Source of the DNA: Adineta vaga
Lineage: Eukaryota; Animalia; Rotifera
Direction: 5' to 3'
Assembly: GCA_021613535.1 (NCBI GenBank)
Contig: CP075497.1
Coordinates: 4,340,001 to 4,404,000 of the forward strand
Length of the DNA stretch: 64,000 nt
The notes beneath the pieces are model-generated. The model was not told where the DNA came from, did no database searches, and worked only from the letters and a program-made list of their open reading frames with translations. Shown piece by piece: positions 27,134-39,379 of the stretch (position 1 is the stretch's first letter; each line of letters starts with the position of its first letter). Position numbers and translations under genes: made by a program.

Positions 27134-28374
27134 ATGGCACTATTGAGTGGAAATATTTCCGAACTTTATCAATCGAATCTCAAACGTTTAGTCATCAGTA
27201 TTCTTGTTGCTTTTCTTCTTGTTGGTTCTTGGCGTTTATGTGGTTCACAATGTTGTACATTTAAACATGATCATTCACTTAAGATATCTATTTGGAATCG
27301 TATTGATCTCTCAGCATTTCGATTTTTTAATCGATGGTTACTTACAAGAGAGCATCATACACTAATTGCACGAATTTTTGTTGCACTGAATTCACTTGTC
27401 ATTGGCGAACTTATTTCTAATTTTACGATAATATCAGTTACTTCTATGATTTTTTCATCGAAATATATCTTTCCAAAACAAACATGTTCATTTAAAGTAT
27501 CGGTTGTATTAGCTATGATTATTTATGGAATGTTCGGGCAAATGTTATTAACAAAATTATCTAGAGATTTTCTATGTCCTAAACGACCATCACCATCTGT
27601 GGTGTTTCGTTTTTCAACAGTTAATCCAGAGAAACAAGCAATCTCATCATCATCAGATGATGTATTCAGTATTAATCGATTATTTGAAGAAGCTAAAAAC
27701 CGTGACCTTGTTAAAGAAATTGCTCATGATAGGTAGGTAGAATGACATTTTATCTAAGTGCATCTTTAGTATCGAGAAGATTCATTCGATTTTTAAGGTA
27801 ATAATTTGTTATTAAAAATGCTGTAAAACAAAAGGAAGCAAAAAAATGAGGAAATTAATTTTCTTCTTTTATTTCTATTCAATTAAGTCAACTATGAAAT
27901 ATCTTTGTTATATTAGTATTCATCGTTTTCAATGGAACAAGTTTGTACTAAGAAATACCATACACATTAAAATAAAAGATAGTTGTTCTCTATAGAGCAT
28001 TTGATTAATTTTTAACTTTACTGAATTAAACGGATATTCATTTCTCTTTCAATTCTAGTTGGCCGGGTGAACATGCAGCAGTCAATCTCATTTGGTCTCT
28101 ATTCATGTCAACTATTATCAGTCGATCAACAAATGGTCTATCAGGAGCGAAACGATTCTTTATGCATACCATCGTATGGTTTATTGCTCTTCTTTTTGCC
28201 ATAGCACGTCTGGTTAGCGGTGCACATTGGTTCTCAGATTGTTTTGCTGGTGGATTTAGTGAAGCTTTACTAGTCGTTGCTATTGGCATTTATACGCCAA
28301 TATTTCAATACATTACTAAGATTATTTATTTCTTAATCGATCGATCGAGATCAAATGTCAAAAAACTCTTATAG
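27134..28374 (+). CDS. PAP2-superfamily membrane protein resembling bacterial LpxT (YeiU); intron 27733-28058
   Basis: Spliced motifs SW...W..ID...F.FFN, KRPSP, KEIAHDSWPGEH, RLVSGAHWFSD versus LpxT KDASRDSFPGDH and PRVMIGAHWFTD. Confidence 0.8.
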
Positions 28375-29037
28375 ATCGTCATTGAATAGTTGAATGTTGT
28401 AATAAAATAGAAACGTTTATTCTCGAAAATAAAGTCATTTTAACGGTGTTTACGCCTATACCTCTCAGATCAAAATAATAATCTTGCATGACCTCGGTAC
28501 ACTCACTAATCCTAATAATTAGATTTTAAAATTATTTTATAACTTAATTTGTATTAGAAACATTGAATATGCATAAAAACAGCATAAGATAAGAATAGTT
28601 CAAAATGAAATTTATGGATTGATTCATTACTTTGATCATATGCGGCATGATTCAATACATCGATAGGTGGTCTGATAAAATGACAAATTTTGTTTGATTT
28701 AAGATTCATATCGAAAAGAAACAACTAGGTCTTGTTTTTCTTTTTGATTATATATCAATATGCTCTTTTGCAATTCCGATTAGTGGACTCAAGAATATGT
28801 ACAATCTGTTAGAATCATTAGAAAACAAAAATCGATTGATGATCCGTCGTTTCATGTGTCATTATCGAGCAACCAAAAAAGAAATAAAAGAAGACAATTG
28901 TTCGATTGATTGGCAGAACAAAAAATCTATCCATATCATTAGACGGAAAAGAAAAAGAGAGAGAGAGAGAGAAAGTGAAAGTTACATCTCATTTCACATA
29001 TATACGCCAACTAAATCAGAACTGGTTTGATTTCAGT

Positions 29038-29430
29038 ATGAATACTGATAACAAGAGTCGTCCAAAACGTCGAATGCCTTCAATAAATTCAAGTAATAAA
29101 TTATCATCAAATTTGAAATGGATTAAACCTCGTTATTTAGCCAATCAACGTGAACGTGATCGAACACATTCGGTGAATTCAGCATTTATCGAATTACGAC
29201 ATCTCATTCCAACGGAACCAGCTGATAGAAAACTATCCAAAATTGAAACACTTCGTCTTGCTGTTAGTTATATCAATCATCTTCATTCGGTATTAACATT
29301 ACCTAATATTACACAAAATCATTGTGCTTTTGTTCAAATGAGAAATAACGAAAATAATCATGGAGAACATGAAGATAATGATCAACATCTATGTACTTTT
29401 TGTGTTAATCATTCATCATTATCAATTTAA
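29038..29430 (+). CDS. Paraxis/scleraxis (TCF15/SCX)-family bHLH transcription factor
   Basis: [48 protein letters not shown] and C-terminal CTFC motif. Confidence 0.93.
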   Translation: MNTDNKSRPKRRMPSINSSNKLSSNLKWIKPRYLANQRERDRTHSVNSAFIELRHLIPTEPADRKLSKIETLRLAVSYINHLHSVLTLPNITQNHCAFVQMRNNENNHGEHEDNDQHLCTFCVNHSSLSI

Positions 29431-29711
29431 ATCTTGAAAAACTGTCTTTTTTTAATATTTGTATCTTTCATGAAAACGACTGGAATGTTTTTTTTTCTTT
29501 AATTTCTGAAAAAAATATACTATATAATTCATATTCTTTTCTTTATTAATAATGTTAATATATAGGAACAAGAGAAAAAGAAAGAATCTTTCACCTCGTA
29601 TGTCAAACAGACAATCTACTCAATATAAATATATAATTAAAAAGAAAAGTTCGATTTCTGCTGTTGACATAACAGTTACTTTTTTTTTCTTTTCTGTTTT
29701 CGAATCAACTC

Positions 29712-30845
29712 TTATACATCATCGAGTTTATTCAAAACAAAACTTGTCGATTGATCAGGACTGAATATTGGAACAATTTTTCGACATGTAATTGTTTGAA
29801 TAAATTCTGCACGAAATATTCGACTAGTTAAGCAATATAAATAGAAACTTGAACTATAATGGACATACATAAGAGATCGAAGTATACGAAATAGAAATAA
29901 CCAAAATGGATTATCGCGTGCAAAATTTGGCGTTTTTATACTTAGTCGTTCGAGAACAAGAAGATAGATTGATACAGGTACTGTCAAACAAAGAAATACG
30001 ATAACACATGCTGCCATCATTAAGGACATTTGTCGTTCAAGAGCTTTACGATGGATATTAGTAGTTTTTCTACTTGATGGCACACCGTTTAATGTTTGTT
30101 GTCTGTTTAATGGTGTTTTCGATAGTTCTTGTCCATCGGTATTTTCTAAATGATGTCGTCGTCGTTTAACAAGACAAATGATTTTTGCATTACATAAAAT
30201 CATCACAAATGCGGGTAGAAAACAAAAAACAAACAAATCAATTTTTGGCCAGATTATTTTTAGGAAATAGTAATAATTGGGATAGACATCACGATTTTCT
30301 AAACAATGTGCTGTTGTTCGATTTTCTCCACGTTCTTGGCCAATACCTGGTGAAAAATAATGTCCATTAATTAAACATAATATAAGAAAACATATGAAAA
30401 TCATGAGTGAAGCATTTCGTGGTGTACATAAAGTTCGTGAACCTAATGGTAACTTTGTTCGTAAATAACGATCAAATGCTAGGCCAGCAATACACCATGA
30501 AGATAAATCCATAAAAACATAAGCAAAAAACGTACGAAAACGGCAAGCAAGTGCGGAATAATTTTGCAATGGAATTGCAAATGCATCAGCCAAAAAAAAC
30601 CATAAGGACGTTATAAGTGCAACAATATCACTTATTGAAAGAACAAGAAGAAAGATACTACTTGAAATTTGACGCATACGTCGACTGGAAAATGTCATTA
30701 ATGCAAATGTATTTCCAATAAAACCCAATATGTAATTAATCATATAGATAATCGTTGTTATTCGATTACCTAATAAGTTATAATCAATCGACATTGTTGA
30801 GGAATTGATTGTCGAATGATTTAAGTAATTGTTTGTGTGTGTCAT
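29712..30845 (-). CDS. Rhodopsin-class peptide-type GPCR, intronless
   Basis: GN in TM1, LSISD in TM2, C...FDRY in TM3, FCFLP in TM5, FLCLTVP in TM6, FYLYCLTS.IFR in TM7. Confidence 0.92.
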   Translation of the reverse strand: MTHTNNYLNHSTINSSTMSIDYNLLGNRITTIIYMINYILGFIGNTFALMTFSSRRMRQISSSIFLLVLSISDIVALITSLWFFLADAFAIPLQNYSALACRFRTFFAYVFMDLSSWCIAGLAFDRYLRTKLPLGSRTLCTPRNASLMIFICFLILCLINGHYFSPGIGQERGENRTTAHCLENRDVYPNYYYFLKIIWPKIDLFVFCFLPAFVMILCNAKIICLVKRRRHHLENTDGQELSKTPLNRQQTLNGVPSSRKTTNIHRKALERQMSLMMAACVIVFLCLTVPVSIYLLVLERLSIKTPNFARDNPFWLFLFRILRSLMYVHYSSSFYLYCLTSRIFRAEFIQTITCRKIVPIFSPDQSTSFVLNKLDDV

Positions 30846-31404
30846 CTGTTTACTGATAAGAGTAAGAAGATTTGTATGAGTAAGGAAACTCTTTCTTCTT
30901 TTCTTTTTTCAAGAATAGATGACGACAAAAGCAGACAAGTTCCTTTCTTCTAAGAAGGTAAATTTATTCTTCATTTAATGCACCTATAAAGAAAAAAAAT
31001 GATAAAAATGAATATATATGATAGAAACTAACTATTGACATTCGATAGAAAAGAAGAATTCTTCTTTTACTAGTTGATTTATTTTCCTTTTTTTTTCCTT
31101 TCTACTATTTAACATCATCGAAAAATCAATATCATTTCTTTTCGCATTCAAAGGTTCAATATATTCAACTTACCGGTAATTATTTATTGCACTGAAAAAC
31201 CGCTCTTTTTTCTCTTTACTTTATATAAATAGAACAAAAACACGTACGTTTGCTTGTGACAGATTATATTCTTCTATTTGAAAAATTCAATACCATAAGA
31301 ACAAGTCTGAATGTCAATTTGTTTTATATACAAAGAACGTTTTCTTTCAGCACCTAACGATAAGAATACGATTGTTTCTCTTCGAAAGAAATTAATTCAA
31401 TATT

Positions 31405-33696
31405 TTATGGAAATAAGTGAAGGTTTGGTGCACGTTTTTGTGGTAATGGTATATGAAGATATTCACCATTCGGTAGAGCAATATTGACAATACATGATGA
31501 GTTTATTTCATTTCCAGTAGTATATTTTTTTGACGAAATGATAACATCAGATGACAGGGAAGAGATAACCGAGGATATTTGATGACAACTAGCAGCTCGT
31601 CCACGAGGTCTTAGTAAATGACGTTTCTCATATTGATTAAAATACGGTCGAATCCACGATGTTGCATCTGATGTTTTAAATCGATGTAAGTCGTCTTGAT
31701 TAATGTGTGAAGGAGAAAATTTCTTGGACACCGATCTGGCAGCCTAGAGAGAAGAGAGGAAGAAAAAAAGATCGATGAAACTCAAAAACGGAAATGAACT
31801 TTGCATGTTTTATAAAAAGGTATTCCTTTTTATTTTAAGAGATGAGTAAAAACGAGAAAAAACGGAAAATTTGAAGAAGAATTTGTTCAAAATTAGAATG
31901 CATATATCTCATGACAGCGGTTGTTCTCCGTGGTGTAAATGGAATCTATTTTTTGAGTGCCATTATAAGTAAAGAAAAAAGACATTTGCCAGAGGCACTC
32001 GTGATGAGCACTGTCTGTTTATACAAAATAAAAATAATTAATATCATCTTCTTTGGGAGGATTTTGACGAAAAAAGAGAAAAAGAAATAGTTTGAAGAAG
32101 TCAAGAAGAAACCAAATGAAAATTTTATGATTGAAAGAATTTCATATGCAAAAAGACCTTCTCTCTCTCTCTTTCTCGCGCTGAAAAGATTAGGATTATG
32201 TTAATCTTCTCAAAATTGACATGGAACATGTTTATGTTCATGTCAACATATAGATATATAAACATTTATGACAAAAAATATTTTATAGGTCATTATCTAT
32301 TATACGATTACGATTTTCTGACACTCGAAAGAATTTAGAAATCTTAGGGATATATTTGATTAAGAGGCTAATTTTAGCAAAAAAAACAAGAATTATAAAG
32401 TTAATTTGAACGTTCTAAACATGACAGAAGAAAAACAATTTAGTAAAAAACTTACGGATATTTTCTTGAAAAATGAATCTTTTCGATGATGATGTCGATG
32501 ATGTCGTTTTAGTTTAGTTATTTGTTGCCATTCATTTGTCGTACTAACAATTTCAGTTGTAAGTCGATCTTCGTATTTATTTTCAATCAGAAAACATACG
32601 ACACTTTTGGCATGTAAACGAAAACGTCGACTGACTAATGCACAAACAAAAAATTTATATCCATAAGAAAGAAATATAACGGATGTGGCTTCATGATTGA
32701 AAGTGATTAAATGTGTAAAAAAGGATACATAAGGTGGTAAGGTCATCAATAGAATATCACTACAACGTCCTGGTAAATTAAATAAGGCATGTAGAATACC
32801 AATCATTCCAGCAATATAATAAAATGAACTTGATTCTTTGCTGAGATATTTCGAAGTTTGACATGTTCGAAAGATAATTATTATTGAAAGAACAAATATT
32901 AATATACATGGTATAGCAACACCAATGATATTATAACCATAATTCGATGCATTTAAGAATGGTCGAGTTTTATTTTCGATAACACTGGCACATACACCTG
33001 GAACACCCTCTAAAAACGAACGCAATAATCGATTTTATTGAATAGCAAAACAAACAAACCTAGTTGATAATCTTGTAATTCTTCTTTCTTTCGATATTGC
33101 AATACTTCCAAGGGATAAATATTCACAACACTAAATATAAATACAAGGAAAACAGTTGAATACTTCGCATTGACATAATATAAACCACGATTCCAACATG
33201 AACGATTATTCGTTGTGTATTCTAATGAAAGAATAAGTTGATTAATAATTAAAAATAATAATAGCCAGGTCGTTAAAAGAACACTCATTTTTGCAATATA
33301 AGTAAAAAATTTACAACAAAAATCTGATACATGAATAAGATAATGTTGACCAGCTGATCGATCTCTATAGATAAGACAAAGAAAATTGTCGACAACATGA
33401 TAAATAATTAGAAGTGTGTCTATAAAAACCACTTCGAATAAGAATCTTTCAAACGATCCAGTCGGTTTTCTTGTTACATATGGTGAACGATATCGATGTT
33501 TACTAAATAAACCAATTCGCATTAAAATAACTAGAAGAAGAATATTCGATGGGAGACCAAATAATGCTGAACAGATAGCAAAGAAAACATATTTATGATA
33601 ATCTGTATCACCTAATCCATCATATGAAGGAGTATCAGTTCGATTATTAGCAAGATGTGTTTTTAATTCGTCAATATTGTCTATATGTGGTAACAT
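31405..33696 (-). CDS. Divergent 7TM GPCR, 3 exons (33696-33060, 33009-32457, 31744-31405)
   Basis: GLPSN, FCCKFFTY, IPC, FNLP, SRRFR; splice sites join the three ORFs in frame. Confidence 0.8.
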
Positions 33697-36069
33697 CTAT
33701 TTAAATAAATATCCATAGTAATGTATAGATAAAACAAAACAAAAAAGAAAATAACAAAGAAGAAACAGAAGAAACAATTTGTACTATAGTTTTTCCACAA
33801 GAGAAATATGTCACGCAAAGTTCTTGTTTATATATTCAACTAATCAAATTTAAATAACATTTGTTTGTATGTTGTTATTCTAATCTCAGTATGTTAATAA
33901 TAATACTATTATGAAACTGTTTTTATGCTAGATTGACTTTCATAGAATAATATTTCATTAGTATTCTTTACTTGAATAATTTTATTGATATATTGTATTT
34001 TAGATCATGAAACTACGATTGAATGCTCAGACAAAAAACGCACGCACACACATATATTATGTATTCTATAAAAAGTATGTGTTAAGATGTTAGGAATATT
34101 TAGTCGTCTTTTTTCTTTGAAAAAAAGTGACAGAAAGAAAAAGCTTAATAAAAATCGGCGTGAAGCACGTTCTTTGATGAAAATTTTCTAAAATCTGTGT
34201 CTGTTTCTATACTACTTACAATCAAAATAATGACAGTAATTAAACTAAACTGATCTTCTCGAAGTCAATTTGATCGTATTAATGAAACTTTTTTTTTTCT
34301 TTCCATAGCCAACTAATTATAATAGGCATATGAATATAATGCGTCAAAGTAATGATAGATAGAAGAGTAGTTGCCTTTTCCTGTTTTTATGTATAATTAT
34401 TCAAGACAGTAAATATACAGAAGTCTCTTTTTTTTCAGCAAAAGTTTTATACGATAGATGAATCATTAGAAATGTCATTCATCCTTCCGTTATTCTATTT
34501 GAAATAAATAAGGAAAGTATCTTACTCTAATAGAAATCAATTTCTTTTTCTTCATCCTATTACTATTTTCATCTGGCACTTGTCAATCTTATTAAGAAAG
34601 AAATTCTAAGTCTTACTGTCACCTTAATATAGCTTCAATTATGATATTGTTGTTTCTGTTCTTCATCAACATCCGACAAAAGAGCGAAGTAAAAATTTAT
34701 GACAAAAAAGGATGCTTTTAACGCCTCAAACATTAAGTTTCTTTTTCTCTCGTCTTCAATTTTCTTTCTCATTATTATTAAAATTTCTCATGCTATATAT
34801 TTATTGACATACACACATGTCGTTCATTTTTTCTTTGTTAGTTAATATTGTCCATTTCGATTGTATTAATATTTATGAGATCAGATAAACAACAAGAACA
34901 GTAGAAAAGCAAATATTGTCTCTTAATTAACCGACGAAACAGAACAAGATAGATTCTCATCGATATGAAAAGAGAATCACATGATTGAAGTTGAAATAAT
35001 TCGTCTCTGATTTACTGAAATTATCTCCTGTTAGTTTTTATCTATCAAAAATCGGATACAAGTCTGACAAGCTCTTCTATTACAAAGACATTATTATACT
35101 CATGAAATCAAATTGTCAGTTTATTCAAAGTACAAAAGACCTGGATTATTCTTTCCAATGAAATAACTCTAACTTCTTTATTAAAAATTTTATCAGAGAT
35201 ATAAAAGTCTATCATTAAAAAGAATTCTTAAGCTGGAACACAATTCTATTCTATTTCATTATTGTTAAGAATATTCAATGGTATTATTTACACGACTATT
35301 ATTGTTATCCAACAAAGAAATATCTTTTTTTCTCAAGAAAGAAAAAAGAAGGAGACACGTAGTATTTGATAATTCTGGAATATTCTAAAAGAAATTAGAG
35401 TTAGTAGTTATTCTGATGTATCTTCAAGCAAGATAGAAAGAAAAATGTGTTCCTATTGATAAAAACTTAATCAATATTAGTTTTTAGAACTTGCATCTAA
35501 CCATTCTAACAAGATTAAGTATTGTTAAATAATAATTTGTTAGGAAAATATTTGAATAAAGATAACAAATTCTTTGGAGTAGAAGAAAATATCTCTATTT
35601 CTCTATCCTTTACGAACTTCTATGGAAAACTTAATGTAAATCTGTTGGTTAAGATTGATAAATCATCGAACGAATTGTTTTGAAGTATACTTGAAGAATC
35701 TTTATTGGATGATGAATAAAGAACGAGTTCGCAAAAAAAGGATCCCCACATAATTAATTACATTCTTGAGATATATTTATCATATTCACATCGAGAATGG
35801 CAAAGTCTTGAAAATGATCGAATTACTATGTGTAGAGTTAACTATGAGAAATCGACATAGAGAGAAAATCTATTGCAATCGATTACTTGGAAACTAAAGA
35901 GATTGAGTATCTTTCAGGAGAATTCTAGTTCTTGGCAAATCAAATGAAAAGACTAATTGAATTGATTTCTAAAGAATTTGAGATGATCATTCCTATGTAT
36001 CATGATGAATATGAATTCAAAGATGAATAAAAAAACCAAAAAGAATTATAAACTTATTATTTCGTTAAT

Positions 36070-36357
36070 TCAAATGTCTAATAGTTCTCGATGATTTCGA
36101 AGAAAATCTTCACATATGTGAATCATCGAATTTCGATTTGATTTAACTGATAGAGTACGTTTCGATCTTTTTTTTGTTTTAGACTTATGTTTATTATGAT
36201 GATTAACACGGCGATGTGCACGTTTTGTTCGAATACCTTGATTATATGTTGGATACAATGATCTTGTATAAGGTTTCAATGACGATGAACATTGTGCACC
36301 TGTGTTTAACCAAGTTTTAATAATAGATTCAAGATAATTCATTTTTTCTTCCGACAT
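36070..36357 (-). CDS. Possible small basic orphan protein (95 aa)
   Basis: ATG-initiated ORF with a basic His/Lys/Arg stretch inside an otherwise ORF-free intergenic region; no recognisable homology. Confidence 0.4.
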   Translation of the reverse strand: MSEEKMNYLESIIKTWLNTGAQCSSSLKPYTRSLYPTYNQGIRTKRAHRRVNHHNKHKSKTKKRSKRTLSVKSNRNSMIHICEDFLRNHRELLDI

Positions 36358-37526
36358 AGTATGAAAAATGAAAATCAAATCGTAATCGAACAAAAGATTT
36401 CTATATTCCACTTAGCGCTAATTCATTGAAATTAATATCTTAGGATTCAATAGATGAAAACAAAAACTTCATTCTGTTGTTCATGACGTTCCCATAAACA
36501 AAAAATATGTTATTCGATCTCATCTTAACATCAACTCAATTATTGCACTTCACTCTAATGACAAAGATTATATTTCATCTTTCTATTGACAATTGATCTT
36601 CAACATATCAAAGATTTATTTTTTCGAAATTCACACAATAGAATAAAAATAATTGATCATACTTACATAACGATTGTATCGAAGAATTAGTTTAACGAGT
36701 ACTTGTTTATCCATTTCCATGATGAATCCGTACTAATAACTTTCACTCCTATTAGAAATCTTTAGAAAAAAGACTACAAGAAGTTGATAATGATGCGTGT
36801 TTTTTGTTAATTTTCAAAAGGAAAACTATTTTTATCTCTTATTTGTAAAAGATTCTATCGAATAGAACTTTATTATCTGCCGTGGGAATATTTTTTTCAA
36901 AAAGTCAAATTATTCTTCACATCGAGAAGAAAACTCTTCTATGAGCAGAAAAAGTGGTTGTAATGTTTATCAGATTATCTTCTAGTAAGTTTTTTTTCAT
37001 TATTAATAGAAATAAGATCAGTCAGAAAGTTTTTAACTGACACTTAAATGCATAGATCAAAACTCTTTAATCATTCATTTTTTCTGTAACATCAGTCGTT
37101 ATTTTCAAATCAAAAGAAATCAAGGACGACATATGTATATCTACGATTACTTTATACACCTATAGAGTAATTCAATCTGTAAACATAATCACATCAATGA
37201 GTAAAATCAGTCATTAAATGATAAAAGAAATCTTTATTTTAATTTTATATTAATTAAGAGTTATTTTTATTGTTGTATAAATCTGTGCACAAAATCTGGC
37301 TTTTCTTTTTTGCTGAACTATGAAAGTAACTTCTTTTCAACCGTAAAGGTGATATAAAAAAAATAAAAAGAAAAGATGAAAAAAAGAAAGAAAGGCAAAC
37401 TAGAAGCTGGATATGCATTATAATCTAATCATAAGTCGTCAGAGAGAAAGAGAAAAAAAAGGATTTTCTTCCTCGTCGTCTTCATTTTTGTCACGATCTA
37501 CGTGAAACAATCTTATTATCTAGACG

Positions 37527-39341
37527 ATGTCGTGTTGTTTTGGTAACGATACCGATGGTAATGAACCTCAAAAATCTATCTGTGGGCATCAAAAAAAATG
37601 ATTTCTAATGATTTCAATTTTATATTGACTGTTTTTTTTAGCTGATCCATCCGATCCGCCATCGAATAGACCGATTATTCCGGTAAATAAACCTGCAAAT
37701 TCAGGTCGAGTGTTCATATAACAAATTTTATAATGAATTATTCGTTTTTCTTTCATAAAAATAGAAATTGAATATATAGTTACAGTTAAAACGGGTGATT
37801 TTCGAAATTCGGGTACGAATGGACCTGTTTATATCAATATATTCAGTCGAGATGACAAACAAACGAATGATATATTATTATCAGCATCGGACAAACCATT
37901 TTTGCAAGGAAGTATACGAAAATTTCAAGTAAATGCCATTGATATTGGTAAACCACAACGTGTTATTATTCGACATGAAGATAAATCAACTGGTTGGTAT
38001 GTCGATTATGTTGAAGTCGTTGTTCATAATTTTCTAGTTCGGTAATGGTTTTGTTGAAAAATAATGAAAAATTTCTACTGAAAATATAGGTTTGTTGCTA
38101 ATCGATGGTTAAATCATTTGAAAAATGATCGAAAATTAGAAGTCGAATTGTTTGGATCGGAACAGCCAGGTTTGTACTGAAGAGAATGTGATTTTATCTG
38201 AATGATTTCTTTAATTTTAGCGGTTATTTACGAAATAGAAGTTCAAACTGGTGTTCAACAGATTGAAACATTAGATTCTCCAGTTTATATGCAACTATAT
38301 GGAACTACAACAAATACACCGAAACTTTTCTTAGAAGCAAAGAATGTTTTGTTTAGAAAAGATTCGATTTCGAAATTTCATGTTTCAAGTAATAATGTTG
38401 GAGAGGTATTTTTAGTTTAGTTAGTCAAGGATAATCTTTTATCTTTTCGAATGATTGATTTATTCAATAGATCGAACGAATTATTATTGGTCATGAAGGA
38501 TTAGGTACAATTCAAGATTGGCATTTAAAACATGTGAAAGTTCAAATGCTTTCTCAACGACAAGAGTTCGTCTTCTCATCAGACAATTTTTTTTTGTTTT
38601 AAATTATGTTTTTTATTGTTACGTTTAGATATGAGGTGGACAAATGGTTAAGTCCAACTCAAGGTGAACAAATTCTATTTGTTGAATTATCTAATACAAA
38701 ACCACAATCTCCATCACCGCCACCACTACCATCTCGTAATAGCAATCAAATTTATGCTTAAGATATCTTTATTTAATTTGATTTAGCTCCTCCAAAATAT
38801 TTAATCGCTATCGAGACAGGTGATGTAACAGAAATGATCGCTACAGACAGCATTGAAATCATTGTACGAGGATCGGATGGACAGATTTCTAAGATATCTT
38901 TAAAAGAACATGCAAAAGTGAAGGATGGAGAACTTTATCAAAAAGGAAATGTCGATGAATTTGAAATTGAACATCCAGATATTGGAACTGTAAGAGAAAT
39001 TCAACAAAATAAATTCGAAATTCTATTTTTTCATTTGTTTCAAATAGATCGAAAGTATTACTATTGGTTTTAGTGATAGTCGAAAAACAGTAGCTTGGTT
39101 ATTAGAACATATCAGTATTCAATATAAAGAAATAATCTATCAGTTTGTGTTTCGAATTTATAATTCTTATAATTCTCTTCTTTCTTTTTATCAATAGTTT
39201 TCAAGCTCATTGTTGGCTTTCAAGCCGTTTAGGTTCGAATTTTAGTTGGATAACTATTAAATCTGATGAAAGCAATGATGGTAAAATTTTGTTTTCTATA
39301 TAAATTCTTCTCGAAGCTTTATAAAAATAACTCATTTCTTT

Positions 39342-39379
<38 letters not shown>

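Noticed and set aside
32216-32246. Near-perfect small hairpin ttgacatg-aacat...atgttcatgtcaa in a GPCR intron
   Set aside because: Too short for a pre-miRNA or MITE, and plausible by chance in AT-rich DNA.
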